A model generated the notes under the pieces. That model saw only the letters and a list, made by a program, of their open reading frames with translations, was not told the DNA's origin and searched no databases. The position numbers were made by a program, and so were the translations under genes. Positions 17,551 through 27,191 of a DNA stretch of 64,000 nucleotides are shown here, piece by piece. Each line of letters opens with the position of its first letter. The stretch's first letter is position 1. Location: NCBI GenBank assembly GCA_045590815.1, contig JAZNRS010000026.1:1151-65150 (forward strand), given 5' to 3'. The DNA comes from Faecousia sp. GTDB lineage: Bacteria > Bacillota > Clostridia > Oscillospirales > Oscillospiraceae.

Positions 17551-18438
17551 ATGAACAAGCAGGATATTTCTGATTTTTTCGACAAATGCGCCCCCTGGTG
17601 GGATGCGGATATGATCCGCAACGAGGTCATTATCGCCAACATTTTGGATAACGCCGGGATCGATACCGGCATGGATGTGCTGGATGTGGCATGCGGCACC
17701 GGCGTGCTGTTCCCCGATTATCTGAAGCGGAGTGTGAATTCCGTCACCGGCATCGATATTTCCCCGGAGATGGCTCGCATCGCCCAGGAAAAGTTCCCGG
17801 AGGTCAAGGTGGTCTGCGGTGATGTGGAGGAATTCGATTTTGGACAGCAGTTTGATGCCATTATGGTGTACAACGCCTTCCCCCACTTTCCCGACCCCAA
17901 GCATCTGATCGATGTGCTTGCGAAGCTGGTCAAGCCCGGTGGACGGCTCAGCGTCGCCCACGGCATGAGCCGTACCCAGCTGCAGCAGCATCACGCCGGT
18001 CGGGCTGCCCAGTTTTCCATCGATCTGCTCCATGAAAAAGAGCTGGCAGCGCTGTTCGCGCCGTACTTTGATGTGGATGTGATCATTTCCAACGACCGGA
18101 TGTACCAGGTTGCCGGCAAGCGCCGGGAGGGCGAGATCCACTCCCACGGCGGTCACAGCCACGCCCATTCCCACAGCCATGTTCACGACCACAGCCACAC
18201 CGGCGGTCACAGCCATTGTGACGAGGATACCCCCATGGAAGAGCTGCTGGCGCTGATGAAATACATGGTCATGCACAACGATACCCACGCCCAGGAAATG
18301 GCCGAGCTGGCACAGAAGATCCGGGATATGGGTAAGATCGGCGCCTACAAGAAGATCATGGACGCCGTGGCGGATTTCGATGTGCTCAATTCCAAATTTG
18401 ATGCAGTTTTGAAAGAACTGCAGGAAGGGTCTGTATAA
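17551..18438 (+). CDS. Class I SAM methyltransferase fused to a His-rich linker and helical metal-binding domain
   Basis: VLDVACGTG, NAFPHF, VKPGGRL; HSHGGHSHAHSHSH...; MHNDTH. Confidence 0.85.
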   Translation: MNKQDISDFFDKCAPWWDADMIRNEVIIANILDNAGIDTGMDVLDVACGTGVLFPDYLKRSVNSVTGIDISPEMARIAQEKFPEVKVVCGDVEEFDFGQQFDAIMVYNAFPHFPDPKHLIDVLAKLVKPGGRLSVAHGMSRTQLQQHHAGRAAQFSIDLLHEKELAALFAPYFDVDVIISNDRMYQVAGKRREGEIHSHGGHSHAHSHSHVHDHSHTGGHSHCDEDTPMEELLALMKYMVMHNDTHAQEMAELAQKIRDMGKIGAYKKIMDAVADFDVLNSKFDAVLKELQEGSV

Positions 18439-18439
18439 C

Positions 18440-18480
18440 GTACCCCCCCTCCAAGCAAAGGCTTGGAGGGGGGGTACTTT
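18440..18480. terminator. Intrinsic terminator
   Basis: GTACCCCCCCTCCAAGC-AAAG-GCTTGGAGGGGGGTAC-TTT. Confidence 0.75.
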
Positions 18481-18557
18481 GATAGACCTCATGATAACTC
18501 CTTTACGTGTGATTAGCATAATCCAACGGGATCGCCTCGAATTTAGTAATCCAAAAC

Positions 18558-20682
18558 TCATTTAGGAATAAATGTACTTGCGTTTTCGCAGCAGATGCAG
18601 AAATGTGACAAAGCCGAAGCACCAAATGTCCATCGCAGCTCTCTATGGTCATCCGATAAGTAACACTGCCGAGCATCGAGAACGTGATACTCATATTCCA
18701 CGATTTGATAATCCATGATGGCAATGGCAGGCGAATCTGTACGAATGCCACGCAGATCGGTCTTGGTTTTCACCTGGGTGATCAGCGCGGGGGCGATGGT
18801 GATGCCCGTATCAAGCTCTCTGACCTCCGCATAATTTCCGGGCGTGATATAAAGGGTCAGATCGGTATTGTTTTCCGTGAAAAAGATCGTGGCATAATCG
18901 ATGCGCATGGTGGTGCCTCTTACCTGGAAGCCCCAGCCGCCGTTGGTGTAAGGCAAATTGGAAATGGAAAGCGCCTGGGTATAGCCGCTGGTGGTGCTGT
19001 CCCAGATATTAAGGGTGGCTTTTTTGTTATGTGTTTCCAGGACGATCCGGTTCCAGTCGTTTGTATACCAGCCTGCAAAGGCACCGGATTGATAGGTCTC
19101 CCAATCGCCGCCGCTGCTGGGACGCTCGCTGAAATCCACACCGTTGGACACCATTGCATCGTATCGCATGCAGGCCTGCATAAAGGGATAGCTCCCATCC
19201 TGCGACCGGAAAACCACGGAGCCCCACTTCGACTTATCCACAGGATCACTGATCTTGATTCTCGCCTTCACGGTTACGTCGCCAAAGGCATCCAGATATT
19301 CCGGCAGAAGCACTCTTGCCCAGCAATCGGAGCCGGAGCTGCCGTCAAGCACATAATAACCGTTCCCGTTGGAGTCCAGCTCGTGATAGTGTGTGCCGCT
19401 CTTGGCGACCATATCCTCTCTGATATCGGAGGGTGAATCTGTAAAATCTCTGTGGTAAATCGCATACTCGCTTGCCGTGGTCTTCTGGCGACAATGTAGA
19501 CATCGATCGTTGTGCCACCATAGGAGGCTGTCAGCCGGTGCAGCCCTTGTGTAGTGGCGAATAACGGGTAATGATCTGACCGTCCTTTTTCCAGACGATT
19601 TGCTTTCCGTCCACGGCAGCAGCACCGTAGGTAAACTGCACATCGCACGCATCCAGCAGAACGGTCTGACCGACATTACAGCCAATGGCAGGTCTGCCCT
19701 GGGATACTGCGCACTTCACCGCAGCGTCCTCCCAGGCGGCATTCTCGCCCAGTGTGACCTTAACATAGTCCACTTCCAGCTTCATGCCTCTGACCTGCAG
19801 ACCCATGGCTCCGGTTACATATGGATTCTCGGAGTAGGAAATAACCTGCTCGCCATTGATGTAGCAGTACGCATGATCGCTCTGCATCACCAGCGAATAC
19901 ACATTGTAGTCATCGGTAAACTTTTCCGAATAGGAAGCGGTTTGCACCACGCTCCACTTGTTACTGGCGTTTCTTTCCGAATATTCAATGCGGCATCGTA
20001 ACGGACGCACATCTGCATATACGGATAATCCCCATTTTGCACCCGTGCCATCCCAGATGCCCATTTGGAGTTATCTACCGCCGCCGTCATCTGAATACCG
20101 GCTTCCATTTTGGCATCGCCGAAATCATCCAGGAATTCGGGGAGCAGCACACGGGCATAAGCATTTTTATGTCCTGAGCCGTCGAGAATGTATGCGTCAT
20201 CCGCAACGGAAACGGTAGCAGCGTTGGTGGTTTCCACGACCCGAATATCAGAGGATGCGGCGGAAAAATCATTTCGGTAGAGAACATATTCCTCTTCCCC
20301 GGCATCCTTGGCAACAACATAGATCGTCTTTGCGTTATCGCCGCATCGTGCCGTCAAGGCATAGACGCCCTTGGCATCCGGGGTAAACTCCTGAATATCC
20401 GTACCCTCATAGCTCCAGCTGATTCCCCCGGTGGTCATTACCGCATCCGAGGCAAACTGGACACCGCATTTCGACAAATCAACGGTCTACCCCGCATCAC
20501 AGCAGATGGCAGGCTTCGAAAACTTGACATTGCAGGAAATATCGCCACCAGCGGATGCCGCATTCGCGCCCCCCCGAGGGGATCACACCGGAAACCGCAG
20601 ATAGCAGAAATACTGCAATCAAAAGCAGAGAGATCGAACGTCTGATGATTCTTTCCATATTACTAGCCGCATAGTTACCCAT
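18558..20682 (-). pseudogene. Fragmented large secreted protein with two tandem beta-rich modules
   Basis: RBS AAGGAGG and signal peptide at 20682; frameshift at G7 (20569-20575); in-frame TAG at 20487-20489; further frameshifts; ARVLLPE.LD.FGD and G.QVRG each occur twice. Confidence 0.8.
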
Positions 20683-20769
20683 GCTTACCTCCTTTTATTG
20701 CATATACGATCATATGGAAAATGATATAAAATTACGCTATATCACATATATTGACAGATTAAAATAGTT

Positions 20770-21075
20770 TCATCTTTGAAAGTTATTAGCCTTAGCTAAG
20801 GCAATTGCTGCTGCAGTAAACGGACTATCAGAAATAACCACACTTCTATTTCCTTTATATAGTTTCTGTGCCGCAATTACTTCCTGAACACATCTGTTAC
20901 CTTGCGGTTTTTTATGATTCTTGCATTGGAAGACATATCTAGTGCCATTAAGCGTTCCGATTATATCTGCACCATTATCCGTGTTTTTTGTTAGAGATAA
21001 ATCTGCAAAATTAAGATTCACTAACTTCGAAAAGCACTGTTTTTCAAACTCAAGTCCTTTTTCTCGGTTTGTCAT
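20770..21075 (-). CDS. Stand-alone Mrr-like PD-(D/E)XK restriction endonuclease domain, probably truncated
   Basis: FEK...DNGADII...FQCK...VQEV...FTAAAIALA; AT-rich. Confidence 0.75.
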   Translation of the reverse strand: MTNREKGLEFEKQCFSKLVNLNFADLSLTKNTDNGADIIGTLNGTRYVFQCKNHKKPQGNRCVQEVIAAQKLYKGNRSVVISDSPFTAAAIALAKANNFQR

Positions 21076-21092
21076 ACCGTTAATCACCAGCC

Positions 21093-21443
21093 TTATTCTT
21101 TTGTTTTGCTCTTTGCCGTATTTATCGATGCAATCAAAATTTTCTTCACTTCTATACATTGTTCTAAAACAACTATATTTTCAGTATACCCGCCTTCTAT
21201 CAACAGTTCCAACCAATATTCACTTTCAGCACATTCTTTCAGCGCAATATGCAGTCTGGCTATAAAGTCAGCTTTTCCGTGGGCATAAAAGGCTTCCCGA
21301 ATATTTGCACCTACACTTGTACCGGAACGAACCAACTGATTTGTCAGTATAGATTCCTTTTTGTTGGTTTTGACTTCATTGCACAATTTGATTACATCTA
21401 ACGCAAGTGCCTTGGATTTATCAAGCAATACGCTATTACTCAT
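21093..21443 (-). CDS. Four helix bundle protein (TIGR02436 / 23S rRNA IVP family)
   Basis: QLVRSGTSVGANIREA...DFIARLHIALKECAESEYWLELL. Confidence 0.92.
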   Translation of the reverse strand: MSNSVLLDKSKALALDVIKLCNEVKTNKKESILTNQLVRSGTSVGANIREAFYAHGKADFIARLHIALKECAESEYWLELLIEGGYTENIVVLEQCIEVKKILIASINTAKSKTKE

Positions 21444-21484
21444 AATAATTCCCCTTTTAAATTCATCCGCGAAGCGGATACCTC

Positions 21485-21571
21485 ACTTATTCACTATTCA
21501 TTATAACTTATAACTTTCCAAAAATCGACCCCAAAATTTAGTGAAGAGTGAATAGTTAATAGTGAAGAAGT
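21485..21571. repeat. Two inverted arrays of degenerate heptamers (AGTGAAT/AGTTATA), family D
   Basis: ACTTATTCACTATTCATTATAACTTATAACT (21485-21515) facing AGTGAAG AGTGAAT AGTTAAT AGTGAAG AAGT (21540-21571). Confidence 0.75.
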
Positions 21572-21608
21572 AAAAATCGACACCCTTCTGTCGAAGGATG
21601 TCGATTTT
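21572..21608 (-). terminator. tRNA operon terminator
   Basis: AAAATCGAC...GTCGATTTTT hairpin directly after the tRNA-Cys CCA. Confidence 0.8.
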
Positions 21609-21683
21609 TGGAGGTACCGGCCAGATTTGAACTGGCGGATCAGAGTTTTGCAGACTCGTGCCTTACCACTTGGCTACGGTACC
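21609..21683 (-). tRNA. tRNA-Cys(GCA)
   Basis: GGTACCGTAGCCAAGTGGTAAGGC...CTGCAAA...GTTCAAATC...CCA. Confidence 0.95.
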
Positions 21684-21721
21684 ATATGAAATAAGGAACG
21701 CCAAGCGTTCCTTATCTATTT

Positions 21722-21797
21722 TGGAGCGGGTGACGAGGCTCGAACTCGCTACCTCCACCTTGGCAAGGTGGCGCTCTACCGGATGAGCTACACCCGC
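21722..21797 (-). tRNA. tRNA-Gly(GCC)
   Basis: GCGGGTGTAGCTCA...TTGCCAA...GTTCGAGCC...CCA. Confidence 0.95.
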
Positions 21798-21850
21798 ATC
21801 TTGCCGACCAACGGAATCGAATCTCTTCGATTCCGCAGACAAGTCGGCTA

Positions 21851-21926
21851 TGGTGCCTCCGGTCGGAATCGAACCAACGACACGTGGATTTTCAGTCCAC
21901 TGCTCTACCAACTGAGCTACAGAGGC
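21851..21926 (-). tRNA. tRNA-Phe(GAA)
   Basis: GCCTCTGTAGCTCAG...CTGAAAA...GGTTCGATTCC...CCA. Confidence 0.95.
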
Positions 21927-21965
21927 ATATTGTGGAGAGCCTGAGCTCTCCACAGATGCATTATT

Positions 21966-22042
21966 TGGCGACCCGGAACGGACTCGAACCGTCGACCTCC
22001 AGCGTGACAGGCTGGCGTGCTAACCGACTGCACCTCCGGGCC
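21966..22042 (-). tRNA. tRNA-Asp(GTC)
   Basis: GGCCCGG...CTGTCAC...GGTTCGAGTCC...CCA; A rather than U at position 8. Confidence 0.92.
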
Positions 22043-22049
22043 AAATTGA

Positions 22050-22125
22050 TGGTGGGAACAACAGGGCTCGAACCTGTGACCCCATGCTTGTAAGGCATGT
22101 GCTCTCCCAGCTGAGCTATGCTCCC
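22050..22125 (-). tRNA. tRNA-Val(TAC)
   Basis: GGGAGCATAGCTCAG...TTACAAG...GGTTCGAGCCC...CCA. Confidence 0.95.
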
Positions 22126-22167
22126 CTACCGGTTCGCTTCGGTGCGCTCACCTCAGCGACATGACAC

Positions 22168-22196
22168 ATTATACACATGAAACCCTTATTTGTCAA
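22168..22196 (-). promoter_or_regulatory. Consensus sigma-A promoter of the tRNA operon with A-rich UP element
   Basis: TTGACA-17 bp-TATAAT with A tracts upstream. Confidence 0.9.
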
Positions 22197-22271
22197 GCAC
22201 TTTTTTTAATTTTTTTTACGAAATTTTCGCCCTCTGGGAACCGGTATTTTACCCCCGGTTCCCAGGGAATT

Positions 22272-23150
22272 TCAAACTTTTTTCAGCAGTTCCAAAACAT
22301 CTTCCGGGGTGAAAGAATAAACCGTATCGCAAAACTGACACTCTACCGGGAAGTCCTTTCCGTCGCCGGCGATCTCCTCCAATTCAGCCTTGCCAAGGCT
22401 GATTAGCGCTGCTGTGACCCGCTGCCGGGAGCAGTAGCATTTGTAGCCGATCTCGGCGGTTTCCATGAACACAACGCCCAGATCGCCGCACACCTGACCG
22501 AGAATTTCCTCCGGCGTTAAGCCTGCATCCAGCATGGCGGTGACGGAACCGGCACGCTTGATGCCTGCTTCCAGGGTATCGACGATCTCATCGGGCGCAC
22601 CGGGCAGCAGCTGCACCAAATAGCCGCCTGCCACCTTCACAGACTGATCCCGATCCACCAGCACGCCCAGGGCGCAGGCGGTGGGTGTCTGCTCGCTTTG
22701 GGCAAAATAGGCGGTCACATCGTCGCCGATCTCGCCCGATACCAGGGGCACGGAGCCGATATAGGGCTCCTTCATCTGCAGGTCACGGATGACGGTGATG
22801 GTGCCATCGGTGCCAACGCAGGCACCCACGTCCAGCTTACCGGGGTATTTTTCCATCAAAGGCAGTTTCCCCTCGGTGACGCAGCCACGGACATTTCCCT
22901 CCGCATCGGACACGCAGGTGATGGTGCCGATGGGGCCGCCGCCACGGATCTGCAGGGTCATAGAGCCATTTTCCACCTTTTGCATATTGCCCATCATGGA
23001 GCAGGCCGTCAAGGCTCTGCCCAGGGCTGCGGTGGCATTTGCGGTGGTGTCATGGATCTGCTGGGCACGGCGCACCATTTCCGTGGAACGGATGGCGACT
23101 ACCTTTACAAAGCCATCCATGCTCATGCCACGAACCAAATAATCATTCAT
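22272..23150 (-). CDS. hslO: Hsp33 redox-regulated chaperone
   Basis: SGEIGDD...YFAQSEQTP; CYCS and CQFC zinc motifs. Confidence 0.95.
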   Translation of the reverse strand: MNDYLVRGMSMDGFVKVVAIRSTEMVRRAQQIHDTTANATAALGRALTACSMMGNMQKVENGSMTLQIRGGGPIGTITCVSDAEGNVRGCVTEGKLPLMEKYPGKLDVGACVGTDGTITVIRDLQMKEPYIGSVPLVSGEIGDDVTAYFAQSEQTPTACALGVLVDRDQSVKVAGGYLVQLLPGAPDEIVDTLEAGIKRAGSVTAMLDAGLTPEEILGQVCGDLGVVFMETAEIGYKCYCSRQRVTAALISLGKAELEEIAGDGKDFPVECQFCDTVYSFTPEDVLELLKKV

Positions 23151-23896
23151 TTCCGAATTCCCTTTCTTGCACTGAAATAGATCCGCTGTTCCCCTGCTTC
23201 GGGGTCACGGAAGCAACGGTCGCCATAGACCCGAATACGATTAAATCCGGCAGACCGGAGGTAATCAGTTAATTGCTCTTGCGTATAGGCGTACTCCTGG
23301 TGCTCCTCAAAGGAGCGGTGCCACACATCCCCTGCCCGCTGGAACAGATCCATGCCGTAGGAGCAGATATTGGTCTGCTCGTCAAATTCCCCCCGCCAGA
23401 CACAGTAAACATCCTCATCCTCGTCCAAAAACACTTGGGAGTCCATGGCACGGAGCTTTTCCGGGGTATTGACGTCGAAAATAAAGATGCCGCCGGGGTT
23501 GAGTACCTTATATACTCTGCGAATAGCCTCAGCACAATCCTTCGGATCCAGGATATAGTCCAGGCTGTCCAGGGCGCACACCGCCAGATCCACACCCCTG
23601 GGCAGGCAAAGCTCCTGCAAGGGTTGGCAGATGAACAGTGGCGAATTATCCTGCGCCTGAGCTTTCTGCTGTGCCACGGTAAGCATTTCCGGTGAAATAT
23701 CCACCGCAGTGACCTGCAAGCCCTCCTGGGCCAGCAGAATGGCAACAGAGCCGGTACCGCATGCCAGGTCCACCGCAGTGCGGGGCTTGACCCCCTCACG
23801 GGCCATGATCTCCTTGTAGAAAGCCACCGTTTCCCGGTAAGGTACATCGTTGGTCAGCCGGTCATAGCTGGCAGCCAATGCGTGATAGGCGTTCAT
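23147..23896 (-). CDS. Class I SAM-dependent methyltransferase
   Basis: VDLACGTG, VDISPEML, LNPGGIFIFDVNT. Confidence 0.9.
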   Translation of the reverse strand: MNAYHALAASYDRLTNDVPYRETVAFYKEIMAREGVKPRTAVDLACGTGSVAILLAQEGLQVTAVDISPEMLTVAQQKAQAQDNSPLFICQPLQELCLPRGVDLAVCALDSLDYILDPKDCAEAIRRVYKVLNPGGIFIFDVNTPEKLRAMDSQVFLDEDEDVYCVWRGEFDEQTNICSYGMDLFQRAGDVWHRSFEEHQEYAYTQEQLTDYLRSAGFNRIRVYGDRCFRDPEAGEQRIYFSARKGIRK

Positions 23897-23955
23897 CGGG
23901 CATCCTCCTAACAAAAAAGCATCCCGGACCAAGGTCCGGGATGCGGAATGATCCA

Positions 23956-25008
<1,053 letters not shown>

Positions 25009-25153
25009 GTTACTATTCCTCCTATGTATGTTGCAGCAAACAGATTGCTGCGGATATCGAAATTCGTACTTCTACATTGTATCCCGAAAATTCGATTGCG
25101 TCAATAGAAAATATTGTTTTTCAGTCAAGTTTTTCGGAAAAAATCCTGCCAAA

Positions 25154-26056
25154 TTATGAGAAGGGGGTATATTTCAGTCCATCCGGCACGGAAGTGAAGG
25201 TCAGATCCATCACGCCGCTCTCTCTGCTGTCCATCTGATTGATGGCCGCTTTCATGGTCGCCAGCTTCTCCTCCAGCTGTCCCTCATCGCCCAAAAGCAC
25301 CTGGTACTGGGTGCCGTACCACAGCTCAATATCCGTCATGTCAGTGACATCGATGCTTGCGGCGGTGCCAAGGATCTCATTGAGCTCCAGCTGATAGGCG
25401 ATCTCCAGCGCCGTTTTCAGTCGCCGTGCGTTGCTTACATCTGCCTTCTCCGCTTCCCCTTCGGCATTGGTGGCGCCGGGTGTCGGTTCTGCCGCCACGG
25501 CCTGCTTACCGGGCTCGGGGGTTTCCAGCAGAACGCCGGTTATGACCGTATTCTTCACAGCCTTTGCCGCATCTGTCTTTTCCACCACTCTGCCGTCAGA
25601 GGTGACCAGCCACCAGCCATTCTGTGTATCCTGGACGGAATACACCACGTCCAGCTCCTGGATGTGGATCTTCACCGTACCCGGCAGAGAGATGCCGATG
25701 CGCACACTTTTTACATAGGGCATGGCACGGGTGATCCGTCCTGCCGCCTTGGCCTTGCCAAAGGACAGCAGGCTGCTGCCCTTGTCGATGTCCGCAGCTT
25801 CCACCACGGCTTCGTAGGAATACTTTTCATGACCGGAAACCACGATCCGGTCTACCTTAAAGAAAATGGAAAAGCTTAAAAACAGCGCCGCAACCACAGC
25901 CACAACGATCAGCAGCCGCAATATCAGCTTCCGGCGGTCCAGCGGTGCCGGGGGGGTGTAAACCACATCGTTGCCCGGTTTCGACTGGAGCTTTCGCTCC
26001 GGCTTGGGCTTTGCCTCCACCTTGGTGAGGCGCTTCTTCTTTTGTTCCTTGGCCAT
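25154..26056 (-). CDS. ftsQ: FtsQ/DivIB-type POTRA protein
   Basis: One TM helix then F.VDRIVVSG...PYVKSVRI...PGTVKIHI; dcw position. Confidence 0.8.
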   Translation of the reverse strand: MAKEQKKKRLTKVEAKPKPERKLQSKPGNDVVYTPPAPLDRRKLILRLLIVVAVVAALFLSFSIFFKVDRIVVSGHEKYSYEAVVEAADIDKGSSLLSFGKAKAAGRITRAMPYVKSVRIGISLPGTVKIHIQELDVVYSVQDTQNGWWLVTSDGRVVEKTDAAKAVKNTVITGVLLETPEPGKQAVAAEPTPGATNAEGEAEKADVSNARRLKTALEIAYQLELNEILGTAASIDVTDMTDIELWYGTQYQVLLGDEGQLEEKLATMKAAINQMDSRESGVMDLTFTSVPDGLKYTPFS

Positions 26057-26057
26057 G

Positions 26058-27191
26058 TTACTTGCCTCCCTTGGAAGAAAGTTCTTCGATCATATCGCAG
26101 ATCCGCACGGCAGAATCGGTGACCACCATGCCGCGCAGCGTTGCGGACATTTTTTTGCGGCGGTCATGGTCTGCCAACAGCTCGGTGACCGTCTGATACA
26201 GCTTTTCGCCGGTGGCCTCCGGCTCCGGGATCAGCACCGCTGCGCCCCGGTCTGCAAGGATCTTGGCGTTTTTCATCTGATGGTCATTGGTCACATTGGG
26301 CGACGGGATCAAAATGCAGGGCGTGCCCGACGCGCCGATCTCGTTGCAGGTGGAAGCGCCGGCTCTGCCGATGATGATATCCGCCGCGGCCATCACCGTG
26401 GGCATATCGTAAATGTACTCCCGGATGTCCAGGCCGCTGCAGCTTTCCGCATCCACGCCCAGGGTCTTGATGTAGTCGGGCATCCATTCCCAGCCGTAGG
26501 CGCCGGTGGCATGGATGTGCTGGAAGGGCATTTTTGCGTCCTGCTCCAGCTTCATAAAGTCTGCCATGGCGTAATTCATGGCTCTGGCGCCCAGGCTGCC
26601 GAAGGCGGACACCACCAACGGACGGCTATCCAAGCCCAACGCCTTGCGGGCGTCCTCCCGGGTGGTTTCCACAAACTCCTTCCGGACGGGCATGCCTACC
26701 ACTTCCACCTTTTCCGGCTTGCGGTAGTACTGGGCGCTCTCCTCAAAGGCAACCAGCACACGGGTGGCGGTCTTGGCTGCCATCTTGGTGGTCAAACCGG
26801 GGACGGCGTTGGCCTCATGGACGATGGTGGGGATGCCCAGCTTCGATGCCGCATTCAACGCAGGATAGCTGGCATAGCCGCCGGTGCCCACCACCACGTC
26901 CGCCTGGAAATTGCGGATGATCTTTTTGCACTGGGACACGGCGCTGAGGACGTTTTTCAAGGCAACGGCGTTCTTTTTGATTGCGGAAAAGCTGATCTTC
27001 CGGCTCAGTCCGGAACCGGGCAGGCAGGCAAGCTCGTAGCCGGCCTTGGGCACCAGCTTCTCTTCCATGTGTCCGCTGGCACCGATGAAGAGGATTTTGG
27101 CATCCGGGTGCCGCTCCTTGATAATATTGGCTACTGCGATGGCCGGATTGATATGTCCGGCAGTACCGCCGCAGGTAAAGATCACATTCAT
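26058..27191 (-). CDS. murG: Lipid I GlcNAc transferase
   Basis: GGTAGHINP, GTGGY, HEANAVPG, GRAGAST, HQMKNA. Confidence 0.97.
   Translation of the reverse strand: MNVIFTCGGTAGHINPAIAVANIIKERHPDAKILFIGASGHMEEKLVPKAGYELACLPGSGLSRKISFSAIKKNAVALKNVLSAVSQCKKIIRNFQADVVVGTGGYASYPALNAASKLGIPTIVHEANAVPGLTTKMAAKTATRVLVAFEESAQYYRKPEKVEVVGMPVRKEFVETTREDARKALGLDSRPLVVSAFGSLGARAMNYAMADFMKLEQDAKMPFQHIHATGAYGWEWMPDYIKTLGVDAESCSGLDIREYIYDMPTVMAAADIIIGRAGASTCNEIGASGTPCILIPSPNVTNDHQMKNAKILADRGAAVLIPEPEATGEKLYQTVTELLADHDRRKKMSATLRGMVVTDSAVRICDMIEELSSKGGK

Noticed and set aside
20487-20489. In-frame TAG as pyrrolysine or stop-codon reassignment
   Set aside because: The gene also has several frameshifts, the TAG aligns with Gln in the duplicate module (CAG to TAG), and TAG ends normal genes elsewhere in the window.
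21075-21159. Programmed frameshift fusing the four-helix-bundle protein to the Mrr-like domain
   Set aside because: The frames overlap, but I see no convincing slippery heptamer, and the downstream ORF has its own plausible ATG at 21075.
21093-21443. Diversity-generating retroelement (Avd-like gene)
   Set aside because: No reverse transcriptase or TR/VR repeat pair in the window.
21684-21965. Hairpins in the tRNA spacers as separate ncRNAs
   Set aside because: Short unrelated stems, most simply precursor-processing structures.
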